DNA of 64,000 nucleotides from a virus (Duplodnaviria > Caudoviricetes). The notes under the pieces were generated by a model. That model did no database searches. It was not told where the DNA came from and was given only the letters and a program-made list of their open reading frames with translations. This document shows, piece by piece, positions 17,175-26,699 of the stretch (within the stretch, counting starts at the first letter, position 1; every line of letters begins with the position of its first letter). The position numbers and the translations under genes are program-made. The DNA lies in the IMG/VR virus record IMGVR_UViG_3300026442_000101; one strand, written 5' to 3'.

Positions 17175-18836
17175 TCACTCTGGACGGTCGATGATGTAAT
17201 CGGCTTTACCGAATTCAGTCTCGACACGGATGATGAACGGTGCGCCTTGTGCAGGGCGCAGGCCGATGGCCGGACGCTCTACGTCAAGTTCCAGCGAACC
17301 GCCGTCAGAGAACGCGCTGATCACACGCTCCACTTCCTTGAACTCGCGACGCAGCAGTTCGTTGAAGAGGCAGAGCTTGCGGGGGTTGCGTTCTTTCAGG
17401 CCTTCCAGCACGATGATGTCACCGGCGTACTTCGCAGCAGCCTCACCGCCAGTCCAGGTACCAGGGATCGGCAGGACGCCAGCCACGTCATGGAACACGT
17501 TAGGAGCCATGTTGTACTGACGCATGTCGACCATTTCGGAGCTGGTGTACCAGCAGAACGGGTTGCGGTTGTCCTCGTGGTCGTAGAAGAAGATACGACC
17601 AGAGTCTTCCTTCACCGGCGCGGTAACGCAGAAGAAGTTACCTTGGACGATGGCGGGACGAGCCTGCATGGTGCGAGCGTTAGGCAGAACCTTCTCGCAG
17701 AACTTCTCCCAGGTCATGGTCACCGCCGGAGCGATGTGTTCCTTGATCTGCGGCTTGGCTTCTTCCTGCTTGGTGGTCAGGCTGCCGAACAGCTTCTTCT
17801 CAGGCTGCTTGACTTCGATCGGGTTTGGCGACCAGGTGAAACGATTGGCCACTTCGTCGATCTTCGCCAGGCGGCGCAGCAGGTCTTCTTCGCCCAGGCC
17901 CAGCTCTTCGAAGATCTGACGAGCACGCTCGACGTTACCTTCGGAAGGAGCAGCGGTCTGCTGACGGTAGTTGACCGGATCGATCTGCTTGATGAACGCA
18001 CGCTTGGCCATCTCGGTGGAGCGACCGTTGACGATCGGATCCAGGAGCATGGAAGCCACGACGTTGGTGCCGACGCGCGGGAAGGTTGGGTTGATGGCCA
18101 TGCCTTCAGCCACTGCACGCCAGATGTAGTTGCGCAGCAGGGTGTCCTTCAGACCCAGGTCGTCTTTCGCCTTGACCACGCCGTGGAACCACTTCAACAG
18201 TTCGGTGTGCTTGAGAGCGATCTGACCGCAGGATTCGGAGATCACGACCGCGGCAGCGATAGCTTTCAGCGGGTAGTTCTTGATCGCGTTTTCCAGCAGG
18301 GTGAAGTTCTCAGCGTAACGGCCGATGTTCTCGGCAACGTTGCTTTCGGAACACACCTGACGCACCAGATCTTTCGGCAGGAAGTAGTGCGACCACTTCA
18401 CCGCTTCGCCGTTCTGCTGACCGTCGGTCAGTTCTTCGCCCCAGCTGGCGTGCTCGGTCCAGAAGTAACCGGCAACGCCCTGACGACGTACGAAGGTTTC
18501 CACAGCCTTGGTCGAGGCGCGGTATTCTTCAGGCACGGCGTTGGAGTCCCAGAATGCCGGAACGGTACGGCCTTCCGGAGTGATGAAGACCAGGTGGCCG
18601 AAGCGTTCGAAGAACAGACGGCAGCTGGTGCACTTGTTGTGCTTCTGGAGCTCTTCCGGGAAGGCCTGACGGTAGACAGTCGACAGACCTTTGCCGCGGG
18701 TGGAGTACAGATGCGGGCCGAAGCTTGCGAAGTTTTCCTTGAAGGTCTGGATCGCCAGAGCTTGGGCCTTGTGGAAATCAGCACCGGAGGCCGACAGAAC
18801 CTCGGCTACGGAGTTACCAACTACTTCTTGAGTCAT
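17175..18836 (-). CDS. conserved hypothetical protein with CxxC motif
   Basis: 553 aa, strong codon bias, HNKCTSCRLF motif. Confidence 0.85.
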   Translation of the reverse strand: MTQEVVGNSVAEVLSASGADFHKAQALAIQTFKENFASFGPHLYSTRGKGLSTVYRQAFPEELQKHNKCTSCRLFFERFGHLVFITPEGRTVPAFWDSNAVPEEYRASTKAVETFVRRQGVAGYFWTEHASWGEELTDGQQNGEAVKWSHYFLPKDLVRQVCSESNVAENIGRYAENFTLLENAIKNYPLKAIAAAVVISESCGQIALKHTELLKWFHGVVKAKDDLGLKDTLLRNYIWRAVAEGMAINPTFPRVGTNVVASMLLDPIVNGRSTEMAKRAFIKQIDPVNYRQQTAAPSEGNVERARQIFEELGLGEEDLLRRLAKIDEVANRFTWSPNPIEVKQPEKKLFGSLTTKQEEAKPQIKEHIAPAVTMTWEKFCEKVLPNARTMQARPAIVQGNFFCVTAPVKEDSGRIFFYDHEDNRNPFCWYTSSEMVDMRQYNMAPNVFHDVAGVLPIPGTWTGGEAAAKYAGDIIVLEGLKERNPRKLCLFNELLRREFKEVERVISAFSDGGSLELDVERPAIGLRPAQGAPFIIRVETEFGKADYIIDRPE

Positions 18837-18895
18837 TATTACAGTCCTTGTTTGCGGGATTTACATCTAATGGTCTTGCTGCTTATCTTTTTACA

Positions 18896-19465
18896 TCAAT
18901 TGCCGATCAGGTCTTTGATGGCCTTCAGGCGTTCAATCACAGCTTCCTGTCCGGGGAAGTCGTGGTTTGGCAGATCGCGAGCCCAGTAGTAGCTCAGGCG
19001 CGGGTCTGCCAGAGCTGCAATATGGACCATGACACCGCCGATGTTGGTGTACAGGAGTTCATCGCCGAGAGACTTACTGTCCTTGAACTCGACGTCACGC
19101 GCTCTCCAGTAAAGCTGGAACCCCCCGGTATCACAGCTGTGGAGAATCGCGTTGAGCTGCTGCTCTACGGTATCGAACTCAGACTCGATAGGCACCAGCA
19201 TGCGGCGGGTAGGCTTAGCCAGACCAAGGCGCAGGATCAGCTGCTGGCCGGTGTGTTGGTTCACCAGGTACAGGTGGTCCATGACCGGGAAGTCTTTGTT
19301 GGACGGATCACGGAACAGCGCATGCCAGCCGTGGGCAAGGTTGCTCTGCACGTAACCATCGCCGGTGAACTCAGGGATGGTGCCTGGAGTCATCGCTACG
19401 CCTTCAGCGACGCGTACGTCAACGAAGTCAGTATTCTTTTGCTCGTGGTGCAATCGATCGATCAT
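18896..19465 (-). CDS. hypothetical protein
   Basis: 189-aa ORF with SD. Confidence 0.75.
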   Translation of the reverse strand: MIDRLHHEQKNTDFVDVRVAEGVAMTPGTIPEFTGDGYVQSNLAHGWHALFRDPSNKDFPVMDHLYLVNQHTGQQLILRLGLAKPTRRMLVPIESEFDTVEQQLNAILHSCDTGGFQLYWRARDVEFKDSKSLGDELLYTNIGGVMVHIAALADPRLSYYWARDLPNHDFPGQEAVIERLKAIKDLIGN

Positions 19466-19491
19466 GTAACTCTCCTAATGTGGAATGTCAA

Positions 19492-19995
19492 TTAATAGCC
19501 GCGACGTCTAACGCGCGGATCGTGGGCTTTAGCAGAACCCTTCTTGGCATGAGCTTTACGCTCGCTACCGGTTTCTCCAGTCAACAATGTACGACCAGAA
19601 TTCCGTTTACTGGGAATGCCGAGTACGAATTGCTTCGAGTCCGGGTTGATGGAATCGATGAGTTGCTTGAAGCCTTCCATCGGATCCCTGGTCAGCCCGT
19701 CCAGCGCATCTATCATGTCGTCGACGTCAGGTGGAGCGATCAGGCCAGGATACTTCCGCCCGCGATGCAGAGCTAGGATCTGCTGCATGTTCACCATGGC
19801 GTCGAGGTGCTTCTCTTCCTCGACTACGATCACGATGTCTTGGACTGACTTACTTTCGAGCGCCAACTCATCGAGGATAGTGTTCGCGATGTAGCGACGA
19901 CCCTCAGCGCCCGGACCTGTCAGGATGATTCGACAACTTCCGCTAGAGGTGAGGGCTTTGATCAGTTCCTGAATCTTTGCTGCATTCATAACCAC
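19492..19995 (-). CDS. hypothetical protein with degenerate P-loop-like motif
   Basis: IILTGPGAEGRR; IVIVVEE. Confidence 0.7.
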   Translation of the reverse strand: MVMNAAKIQELIKALTSSGSCRIILTGPGAEGRRYIANTILDELALESKSVQDIVIVVEEEKHLDAMVNMQQILALHRGRKYPGLIAPPDVDDMIDALDGLTRDPMEGFKQLIDSINPDSKQFVLGIPSKRNSGRTLLTGETGSERKAHAKKGSAKAHDPRVRRRGY

Positions 19996-20001
19996 CTCGA
20001 C

Positions 20002-20034
20002 AAAATAAAAAACCTGCCCGGTTACCCAGGCAGG
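20002..20034 (-). terminator. rho-independent terminator
   Basis: CCTGCC...GGCAGG hairpin plus A-run. Confidence 0.6.
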
Positions 20035-20046
20035 GATACAAATCGT

Positions 20047-20775
20047 TTATTGCTCAGGTGGAGTTTCACCTTTGGTTTTCGGCCAGTATACGTCACCTAG
20101 TTCCTGAGCCACTTGGTAGACATCTGCGCCAGTGCCGATCCAGAAAACTCGCGCGCATTTGCGACGTTCTGGACGCATCGGTCGGAACCGCCACGACAGA
20201 GCACAGACGATGCCGAGTCTGTATTCATGCTCGGCATCGGGTAGACGCTCTGCAACGTATTGAATGGCCGCAGCGAGGAACCGAGCTTTAGAATCAGGAA
20301 CAGAAGCAAATGCACCGAACCAGCCAAAGTTATCCCACGACTTTACTTCATCGAAGAATGGCGTCAGTAGCTCCTTCGCCCGCGCAAGTCGCTTCAAACG
20401 TTCGGCTGTGATTTCATCAGCCAGAACACCTGGGTCTTTACGGCCGAAGTTACGATTGGCGATGAAATCAGGATCTGAGTTGAAGGCAGCAGCTTCCTGC
20501 CTGTCCTTATAACCCATCGCCTGATAGATCATCAATGATGCTCTCATGTATTTGATCTTGCGTTCAGACAGATCGCGGATCTTTCGAGCAGCCTCGTTGA
20601 TAACCCTCTCAGAGACCTTTTCCAGTAAGACGATCTGAGCGATGATACCGCTTACGTCACCATCTACTTCGGGCGGAGGTTCTACCTCGTACCCATTGCG
20701 GGACTTGAACGCCTCCTCATGTTCCTTAAGGTTTCTGGAGAGGTTCTTAGCGGTCAATACTTCCCGGCGCATCAC
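20047..20775 (-). CDS. hypothetical protein
   Basis: 242-aa ORF with GGAGG SD. Confidence 0.75.
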   Translation of the reverse strand: MMRREVLTAKNLSRNLKEHEEAFKSRNGYEVEPPPEVDGDVSGIIAQIVLLEKVSERVINEAARKIRDLSERKIKYMRASLMIYQAMGYKDRQEAAAFNSDPDFIANRNFGRKDPGVLADEITAERLKRLARAKELLTPFFDEVKSWDNFGWFGAFASVPDSKARFLAAAIQYVAERLPDAEHEYRLGIVCALSWRFRPMRPERRKCARVFWIGTGADVYQVAQELGDVYWPKTKGETPPEQ

Positions 20776-21238
20776 GCACCTCCTTCAATTCGGTTTCAAG
20801 CATTTTGCCGCCTTTGTAAAACAATGCAGCGAAACACCTGGATGTCTCAAGGTGGATGGTCACGACGATTTTATAATCGGCTCGACGCAGCATAGCGATG
20901 GTCACACTTTCGCAATATCCATCGGACTGTCGTCCTACGATCATGTAAGCATTGCCTAAGGCGAGGACTTGGTCATTGAAATCACGTAACACGTAATGCC
21001 AAGGACCGCCATTAACTTCGACGACGGTCAGCTTGATCCCGAAGTTCATGGCAACGGCAGCGTCAACATTACCGCTGAACTGTCGGCGGGCTTTAGGTCT
21101 GGTCACTTCAGGAGCTTCTCGGAACGCCTTCTCGAGACGGTCCATTCGTAACTGGGTTGCGCTGATGTGATGCTTCAGCACTGATAGAGCTGTTTGCCAA
21201 TCCAACTCCAACTCCATTTGTTGTTCAGCCATCATCAT
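20747..21238 (-). CDS. hypothetical protein (start at MMMAEQ)
   Basis: ORF in operon. Confidence 0.7.
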   Translation of the reverse strand: MMMAEQQMELELDWQTALSVLKHHISATQLRMDRLEKAFREAPEVTRPKARRQFSGNVDAAVAMNFGIKLTVVEVNGGPWHYVLRDFNDQVLALGNAYMIVGRQSDGYCESVTIAMLRRADYKIVVTIHLETSRCFAALFYKGGKMLETELKEVRDAPGSIDR

Positions 21239-21242
21239 CCCC

Positions 21243-21374
21243 TTAATTCGTACGCTTGATGATCTGCTCAGCAATCCGGTCGCCGAGCGGTTCCTGTTTG
21301 CCTAATTCGGAGATACCGTACAGGCCAGCTACCAGGCAGAGAGTGAGAAACAGTCGACGAACCAGATTGTTCAT
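21243..21374 (-). CDS. 43-aa microprotein with N-terminal hydrophobic segment (not in ORF track)
   Basis: MNNLVRRLFLTLCLVAGLYGISELGKQEPLGDRIAEQIIKRTN; AAGGA SD. Confidence 0.6.
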   Translation of the reverse strand: MNNLVRRLFLTLCLVAGLYGISELGKQEPLGDRIAEQIIKRTN

Positions 21375-21386
21375 GTGCAAATTCCT

Positions 21387-21908
21387 TTATGCGATAGTAG
21401 ACATTAGTGTTTCGTGATCAGCGCCTTCCACCTTCCATTCAAGGAGCGTGATGAGACGCGAGTAATCGAGTTGCTTGACTTTCTCGATGTCGCCTTCGTG
21501 ACCTTCGCAGATGATGCCGATGATGGCGCCACGCTTGACGCCGCTACCGAGGAACATCGGCAGGCCCATGTCGATGACGCGAGCATTACCGCCAGAGAGA
21601 TGCTGTACTTTACTTACCAGCGCGTCTCGATATTCCGGCTGTAGCTGCTTGGCTTGCAGTAACGCCGCATAGCCAGCCGCCTTGACCAGGTACTTCATTT
21701 CTTCTTCAGTACCGGTGTAAACGGTGTCGTCGATGCAGCCCAATACCTTGACGCGATTGACCAGCCGGGTTTCGGTGAGTTCGAGGATTTCGCTATTCCA
21801 GCCGATATCGCATTCGAGCAACTGACTCAACGCACCCCAAGGCTGATCGGTCTTCTTCGACTTGTAGGTCTCACCGTCTTTCGTACGGATCAGATCAATG
21901 GCGATCAT
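21387..21908 (-). CDS. hypothetical protein
   Basis: 173-aa ORF. Confidence 0.75.
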   Translation of the reverse strand: MIAIDLIRTKDGETYKSKKTDQPWGALSQLLECDIGWNSEILELTETRLVNRVKVLGCIDDTVYTGTEEEMKYLVKAAGYAALLQAKQLQPEYRDALVSKVQHLSGGNARVIDMGLPMFLGSGVKRGAIIGIICEGHEGDIEKVKQLDYSRLITLLEWKVEGADHETLMSTIA

Positions 21909-22324
21909 GCAGACTCACCCAACTTGATGATGCGGTTAGGGAGAGTTTCGTCTTCGGTCGGGTTCTTTGGTGCGAAGGCAAGGCCGCCCAACACTTCGTT
22001 GATTTTCTGAAGACGCTTACCTTCTCGACGAGTCGAATAGACCTGGAAGTTCCAGCTGCCGAATTGGACTTCTTTCGGCATTGGGTGGCAGTAAGGCGTG
22101 CTCTCGACCACGTTCTCCAGAACACCGAAGATAGCGCGTGTTTCCTTGTCTTCGTTCCAGAGCTTCTTCAGCACCTTTGGACTGACCGGCTTGTCAGTGC
22201 TGAAGTTGAAGATGATGGTGACGTCGTCAGCGCCTTTGGTGTAGATGCACTTACCCTTCGGATTGAAGGAGTCAGTGAACACGGTAATGTTGATGTCGCC
22301 AAGTTTCTTTTCGTAGTTGCTCAT
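21905..22324 (-). CDS. hypothetical protein (start reassigned to MSNY)
   Basis: AAGGA SD before 22324. Confidence 0.7.
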   Translation of the reverse strand: MSNYEKKLGDINITVFTDSFNPKGKCIYTKGADDVTIIFNFSTDKPVSPKVLKKLWNEDKETRAIFGVLENVVESTPYCHPMPKEVQFGSWNFQVYSTRREGKRLQKINEVLGGLAFAPKNPTEDETLPNRIIKLGESA

Positions 22325-22334
22325 GATTGTTTCC

Positions 22335-22628
22335 TTATACGTCGAGGTGGGAGAATGGTGGTTTGCCGTCATCGCTGAACGCGAGATGTACGCGGCCGAG
22401 TTCGAGATAGTCTTTGACCAGAGGACCGTAGCGGTCATCGGCCTTTACGCGGGCAGCCCACTCGGCAGCGGTTTCGCCGACCTTAGGGGTGACTACGATG
22501 CTCAGATGCTGCGGACGTTTGGTCAGCGCCTCTGGCGACAGGGACGTAACCGCGACAGGGAATACGTCGAAGAAGCCAGCTACGAAGTTAACGCCCTTAG
22601 TGTTAACGGATACGATGAGAGTTTTCAT
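22335..22628 (-). CDS. hypothetical protein
   Basis: 97-aa ORF. Confidence 0.7.
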   Translation of the reverse strand: MKTLIVSVNTKGVNFVAGFFDVFPVAVTSLSPEALTKRPQHLSIVVTPKVGETAAEWAARVKADDRYGPLVKDYLELGRVHLAFSDDGKPPFSHLDV

Positions 22629-22661
22629 GCGAGTTCCTTCTTTAAGAAAAAGTGCTGCTTA

Positions 22662-22702
22662 CAAAAAATAAAAGGCGGGGGATTTCTCCCCCGCTTTATG
22701 CC
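22662..22702. terminator. hairpin terminator
   Basis: AAAGGCGGGG-GATTTCT-CCCCGCTTT with A-run and TATG. Confidence 0.7.
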
Positions 22703-22705
22703 GTG

Positions 22706-23596
22706 TTACTGAACGCGCTGTTGACGCACGTTTTGCACGATGGCCTTATCCAGCGACTTGCGCAGGAGGCGAACATCTTTCTTGTCCAGACCGTCGAACA
22801 GCTCGTTGTTGTAGACGATCTGAGCATTGACGCAGTAGGTATCGGGCTTCAGACGGGTGGAGGTCTTCAGGCCGTTGGTCTGCTTGTCGGTCAGTTCACA
22901 GGTGGAGTACAGCTGACCACCGATGGCGTCTTTCACGCCCTTGAAGCTCGAGACATCGATCTCGCCGATGGTCAGGTCTTCTTTGAACTCGCCAGTGATT
23001 TCAGAGCTGATGTTGCCAGGGCGACCAATGTAGACCATGCCAGCGATTGGGATGTCGTTCTTGGCACGACGCACCTTGCCGTCAGCAGCAGCCTTCGCAG
23101 CCGAGAACCAGTCGTCGAAGACGATGATGTTCAGGTCTTTGAAGTCCTTGTCGACGTTACCGAAGTTACGCAGGGTCACTTCAGCACCGGAACCTTCAAC
23201 AACGGCGATGCCTTTGTTCTTGTGTTCCTTGTCGGACATGTCACCGAAGTCGCTCACGCCACCCTTACCGAACAGCCAGTAGATGGCTTCCTTGTGGGCG
23301 TCGCTGACGGCGATGTCAGACGGCAGGGGACGGGAGATCACGGCGTCAGCTTGCAGAATGGCGACATCGCAGTCGCCGTCCTTCAGCATCTGGGCCGAGG
23401 ACACCGAGCCTTCAGTCGACAGCACCTCAACCTGGACCTTGGCTGCTTTGGCGACATCATTGGCGATCTGCTTGGCAAACGACTCGTAGAAGCCGCCTTC
23501 TGCACCGCCGCAGAAGTTGAGGGTTTTGCCTTCGATAGCGAGGGCGTTGAACGACATGGCCATCATGGCCAGTGCGGCGACGAGCATCTTCTTCAT
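22706..23596 (-). CDS. TAXI-family (TRAP-type) periplasmic solute-binding-like protein
   Basis: Signal peptide; GGAEGGFY, STEGSVSSAQML, DVAILQAD motifs. Confidence 0.75.
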   Translation of the reverse strand: MKKMLVAALAMMAMSFNALAIEGKTLNFCGGAEGGFYESFAKQIANDVAKAAKVQVEVLSTEGSVSSAQMLKDGDCDVAILQADAVISRPLPSDIAVSDAHKEAIYWLFGKGGVSDFGDMSDKEHKNKGIAVVEGSGAEVTLRNFGNVDKDFKDLNIIVFDDWFSAAKAAADGKVRRAKNDIPIAGMVYIGRPGNISSEITGEFKEDLTIGEIDVSSFKGVKDAIGGQLYSTCELTDKQTNGLKTSTRLKPDTYCVNAQIVYNNELFDGLDKKDVRLLRKSLDKAIVQNVRQQRVQ

Positions 23597-23626
23597 GTTT
23601 TACTCTCGAGTGGTACTGCGGGTGGG

Positions 23627-23764
23627 TTAATTGAAAAGCTTGTAAGCGCCGTACACCGCCAAGCAGACGATGACTAGGCCAGCGGTGAAAAGCCAGCCTT
23701 GCAAAACGCATTGGCACGGCTGGCGTTTACATTCGCAGCAGTAGACGTGATCACGACGAGACAT
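23627..23764 (-). CDS. 45-aa Cys-rich membrane microprotein
   Basis: MSRRDHVYCCECKRQPCQC followed by a TM segment; GGAGGA SD. Confidence 0.65.
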   Translation of the reverse strand: MSRRDHVYCCECKRQPCQCVLQGWLFTAGLVIVCLAVYGAYKLFN

Positions 23765-24359
23765 CGCAATCCTCCACCAGTGCGTTGATATCGAACTGCA
23801 CGTCGATGAGCAAGTCTCGCCCTTTGACGTACCCCTGGATGTCGAACATGCCCCCGCCCTCTTCGACGTCGACGTAGACAACATCGAGTTCGTTCTCGAT
23901 GAACAGTCTGACACTGCTCTCGATGAACATCGCCACGGCCGGATTGAGCCGTCCGTAGTCTTCGAGCAGATCGGCCAGCAGCTCTTCCAGCATGCTGTAA
24001 TCCGGCATGGCTTCGACGTCATCTGGACGATTCTGACGGGTGGCTTGAAGCGCCATGAAGCAATCGTGCTCTGGACGAACTTTAGTACGCCACAGAACAG
24101 CTACGCTTTCGCCGACGTTCTCCAACTTGCCGGTAGTATCCGAATCACGGGAGATTATTGCGGTATAGATCGCATGCTGCTCACGATACTTCCCATCAGC
24201 AAACTCGCGCTGAATCTTGCCGGCGATCGACCAAAGCGGATTATCCGGGAACAACTCAACTGCTTCTTCAAAAGCGACCGCATAGTCGAGCTGCGTTTTA
24301 CCGGCTGTGTCGACTTCGCGTTTCTTCTGGAAGCGATCCGTGCTAGCGATTACTGTCAC
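23751..24359 (-). CDS. hypothetical protein
   Basis: 202 aa, acidic C-terminal half. Confidence 0.75.
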   Translation of the reverse strand: MTVIASTDRFQKKREVDTAGKTQLDYAVAFEEAVELFPDNPLWSIAGKIQREFADGKYREQHAIYTAIISRDSDTTGKLENVGESVAVLWRTKVRPEHDCFMALQATRQNRPDDVEAMPDYSMLEELLADLLEDYGRLNPAVAMFIESSVRLFIENELDVVYVDVEEGGGMFDIQGYVKGRDLLIDVQFDINALVEDCDVSS

Positions 24360-24597
24360 GGGTGTTTCTCCTGAAATGACTACGACTTGCCAAGATCACC
24401 CCATACCCGACAAGCATCATCAGGAAGAACGACAGGAGGATTGCAGCCATAGCCTCGCTGGTGTCAAACTTCGGATGATGCTTATCAACACAACCGTCCC
24501 ACGCAGGTCGTTGGATCGACGTTACGTACTTAGGGCTGTACGGGATACAGCATGCGGCTTCGAGGCATTGCTTGAATGCCTCGTCACCTTTACTCAC
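24343..24597 (-). CDS. small membrane protein
   Basis: 84 aa, one TM; overlaps upstream gene stop. Confidence 0.6.
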   Translation of the reverse strand: MSKGDEAFKQCLEAACCIPYSPKYVTSIQRPAWDGCVDKHHPKFDTSEAMAAILLSFFLMMLVGYGVILASRSHFRRNTRDSNR

Positions 24598-24953
24598 GAC
24601 AGGGTTTCTTCGCCGCGTGCGATGCGAGCGATCTGAGCGTCATCACGCTCCTGCTTGAAGGCGTGTTGCTCTTCTTCAGTAGCGATGACGATCTTGCTGC
24701 CATTGACGAACACGTCGGCACCGTTCTCGATCGCTTCGACAGCAGCGTTGAGAGCGATGTCCAGGTTGTTGTCCATCAGGGAACTGATGGTCTGGCCGGT
24801 AGTGATGACGTCGCCCTCGCACTGGCTGGTTTGACCGCCGATGATCACCTTGGTGATGACCTTCTTGCCGTTGTCCACGATATCGTGAGTAACAGCGGTA
24901 GCCAGAGCCAGCAGGCAGTCGACGGAATAGACTTTGGTTTCGGCGTTGCTCAT
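24594..24953 (-). CDS. hypothetical protein
   Basis: 119 aa, codon-biased. Confidence 0.75.
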   Translation of the reverse strand: MSNAETKVYSVDCLLALATAVTHDIVDNGKKVITKVIIGGQTSQCEGDVITTGQTISSLMDNNLDIALNAAVEAIENGADVFVNGSKIVIATEEEQHAFKQERDDAQIARIARGEETLS

Positions 24954-25222
24954 GGGGACTTTCTCCGTTTGGGGTGTCGTACGTCACGTACGACTAGGGT
25001 GATGAAACCGATGATTATTGCGATGACGATCAAGTACAGCCAGGCGCGTTCATGGAACTCCCTGTTGGCTATCTCGATGTCACGACAATAGTTGTATTGC
25101 TTGATGTCAGCGATGCTGGTGCTCGTCGTTGGCACTTTCTTCAAGACGGGCTCGCAGTCGATAGACGGTTCACGAGGCTTATCGTCACCGCCGAGGACAA
25201 AGTACCAGACGACGATGCTCAT
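24950..25222 (-). CDS. membrane protein (2 TM)
   Basis: TM-loop with Cys pair-TM. Confidence 0.7.
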   Translation of the reverse strand: MSIVVWYFVLGGDDKPREPSIDCEPVLKKVPTTSTSIADIKQYNYCRDIEIANREFHERAWLYLIVIAIIIGFITLVVRDVRHPKRRKSP

Positions 25223-25488
25223 CAGCTGATTCCTTCTTTAGGGACGGGAGCGAAGCGAGTTTCGTCCTCGATCTCCGCCTGGCCGCGTTGCCAGAGTGGG
25301 TTCTCGTCATCGACCGGCAGACCAGGCTTGGCGTAGCCATAGGCCCATTCACCGGTTTGTTCGAGTCGGACATGATGCAGTTCAGGAGTAGTAACGATCA
25401 CGTACTCCTGTCCTTTGTAGTGTTTGAGAATCTGCCCGGGAGTATACTTACAAGCTGGCATGATGAATCTCCTGATTGGGTTGCCCAT
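25222..25488 (-). CDS. DUF1653-like small beta-barrel protein
   Basis: KHYKGQEYVIV motif. Confidence 0.6.
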   Translation of the reverse strand: MGNPIRRFIMPACKYTPGQILKHYKGQEYVIVTTPELHHVRLEQTGEWAYGYAKPGLPVDDENPLWQRGQAEIEDETRFAPVPKEGIS

Positions 25489-25518
25489 ACCAAGTAAATG
25501 CCCAGTAAAGAAACACGA

Positions 25519-25890
25519 CTACTTCTGGTACGGCATATCGAAGCCGATGTAGAGCACGCAGTCCGCGTAGTCACTTTCACCCACCACTTCGGCTTTGGCA
25601 GCCGCTGGCGAGTTGAAGATCTTGGTCACGTTGGCGATAGCCATCGGTACCATTGCGCGGTAGCCGTCATCTTGCAGATGTTCGGGCTTCATCAAACCCA
25701 GCAGCACCGAGTCCATACCTGCGTTCTCAGCACGAGCAGCTACTGCGCCCTTACTGATGTCAGCCACCATCTTACAATCCTCAGTGGTGACTCTGTGGTA
25801 TTCGAATTCCGGAAGGCTATCGTCATAGTGCGGCATGGCGTTAGCGATAACAGCGGTCAGCATCAATGCCGAAAAGATTGCAACTTTCAT
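25519..25890 (-). CDS. secreted hypothetical protein
   Basis: Signal peptide; Cys pair. Confidence 0.75.
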   Translation of the reverse strand: MKVAIFSALMLTAVIANAMPHYDDSLPEFEYHRVTTEDCKMVADISKGAVAARAENAGMDSVLLGLMKPEHLQDDGYRAMVPMAIANVTKIFNSPAAAKAEVVGESDYADCVLYIGFDMPYQK

Positions 25891-25932
25891 GTAGTCCTGA
25901 TCCTAGTGGTTGGTTTGGTTATTCACTTCCAA

Positions 25933-25942
25933 AATGTGTGAC
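25933..25942 (-). promoter_or_regulatory. putative phage promoter motif
   Basis: GTCACACATT on minus strand at operon head. Confidence 0.55.
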
Positions 25943-25962
25943 TATCTAATTCTTAGATAGGC

Positions 25963-25992
25963 AAAAAAAAAGAAGCGGGGCAAGAGCCCCGC
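25963..25992 (-). terminator. rho-independent terminator
   Basis: GCGGGGC-AAGA-GCCCCGC plus A9. Confidence 0.75.
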
Positions 25993-25997
25993 ATCAA

Positions 25998-26699
25998 TTA
26001 CTTCTCGGCCGGGGCTTCGTCAGCACGGATGAACGAAAGTGGGATCGCCATCCCGTTAGGGAACCTGTACGCTACCAACGCTCTACATACGGCCACCGAA
26101 TACGATTGGCAGTTTTCAGCAAAGCGAGTTTCATCGTCGATCCAAGCCCGCGTGTACTGGCCTTCCGGATCCCGGCGAGTGCGGAACTGCGTGTTGATGT
26201 TGTTATTGATGGCGATGTGTGCCGCCATGTTCACACTGCGGGATGGATTGAAGCCGTAGGTGTGGTTGAACTCAAGTTCTTCCTCATCCGGGTCCGGCGC
26301 ATCGTAGGAGATGAACGGAGGTTCACCTTCGCGATCCTCATGTAGACGAATCGTACCCCGGCCGTAATACGGCTCGGTCCAATTCAGCGCTACGGCCACC
26401 GCATAGTCCAGCGCTTTACCGCCCAGACCGTTTGGGAGAACCCAGACCAGCGGGTCTTTCAACGGCTCGACCACCAGCGAAGTAATCGTGACGATCTGAC
26501 GGCGTTCGCCACGACGGCGAGCATCGGCGAATTCGGTAGAGAAATCGAACACCAGCCTATCGATTGAATCGTAAGCCAGCGGTCCAGCATTATTGAACTG
26601 GAAACGCAACATCGCGTCGCGACGCTCGATATTACCATCGCTGTATTGCACCATCAGGCGCGGCAGCTTGTCTGGCGTATCAAACAGTTCTGCAATCAT
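25998..26699 (-). CDS. hypothetical protein
   Basis: 233-aa ORF. Confidence 0.75.
   Translation of the reverse strand: MIAELFDTPDKLPRLMVQYSDGNIERRDAMLRFQFNNAGPLAYDSIDRLVFDFSTEFADARRRGERRQIVTITSLVVEPLKDPLVWVLPNGLGGKALDYAVAVALNWTEPYYGRGTIRLHEDREGEPPFISYDAPDPDEEELEFNHTYGFNPSRSVNMAAHIAINNNINTQFRTRRDPEGQYTRAWIDDETRFAENCQSYSVAVCRALVAYRFPNGMAIPLSFIRADEAPAEK

Noticed and set aside
17019-18989. 656-aa plus-strand ORF (likewise 26723..28768, 38805..40355, 49749..51218)
   Set aside because: Antisense shadows of real minus-strand genes.
25998-26699. Possible degenerate HNH/NUMOD4 homing endonuclease
   Set aside because: Only a vague resemblance; no His-Asn-His residues identifiable.
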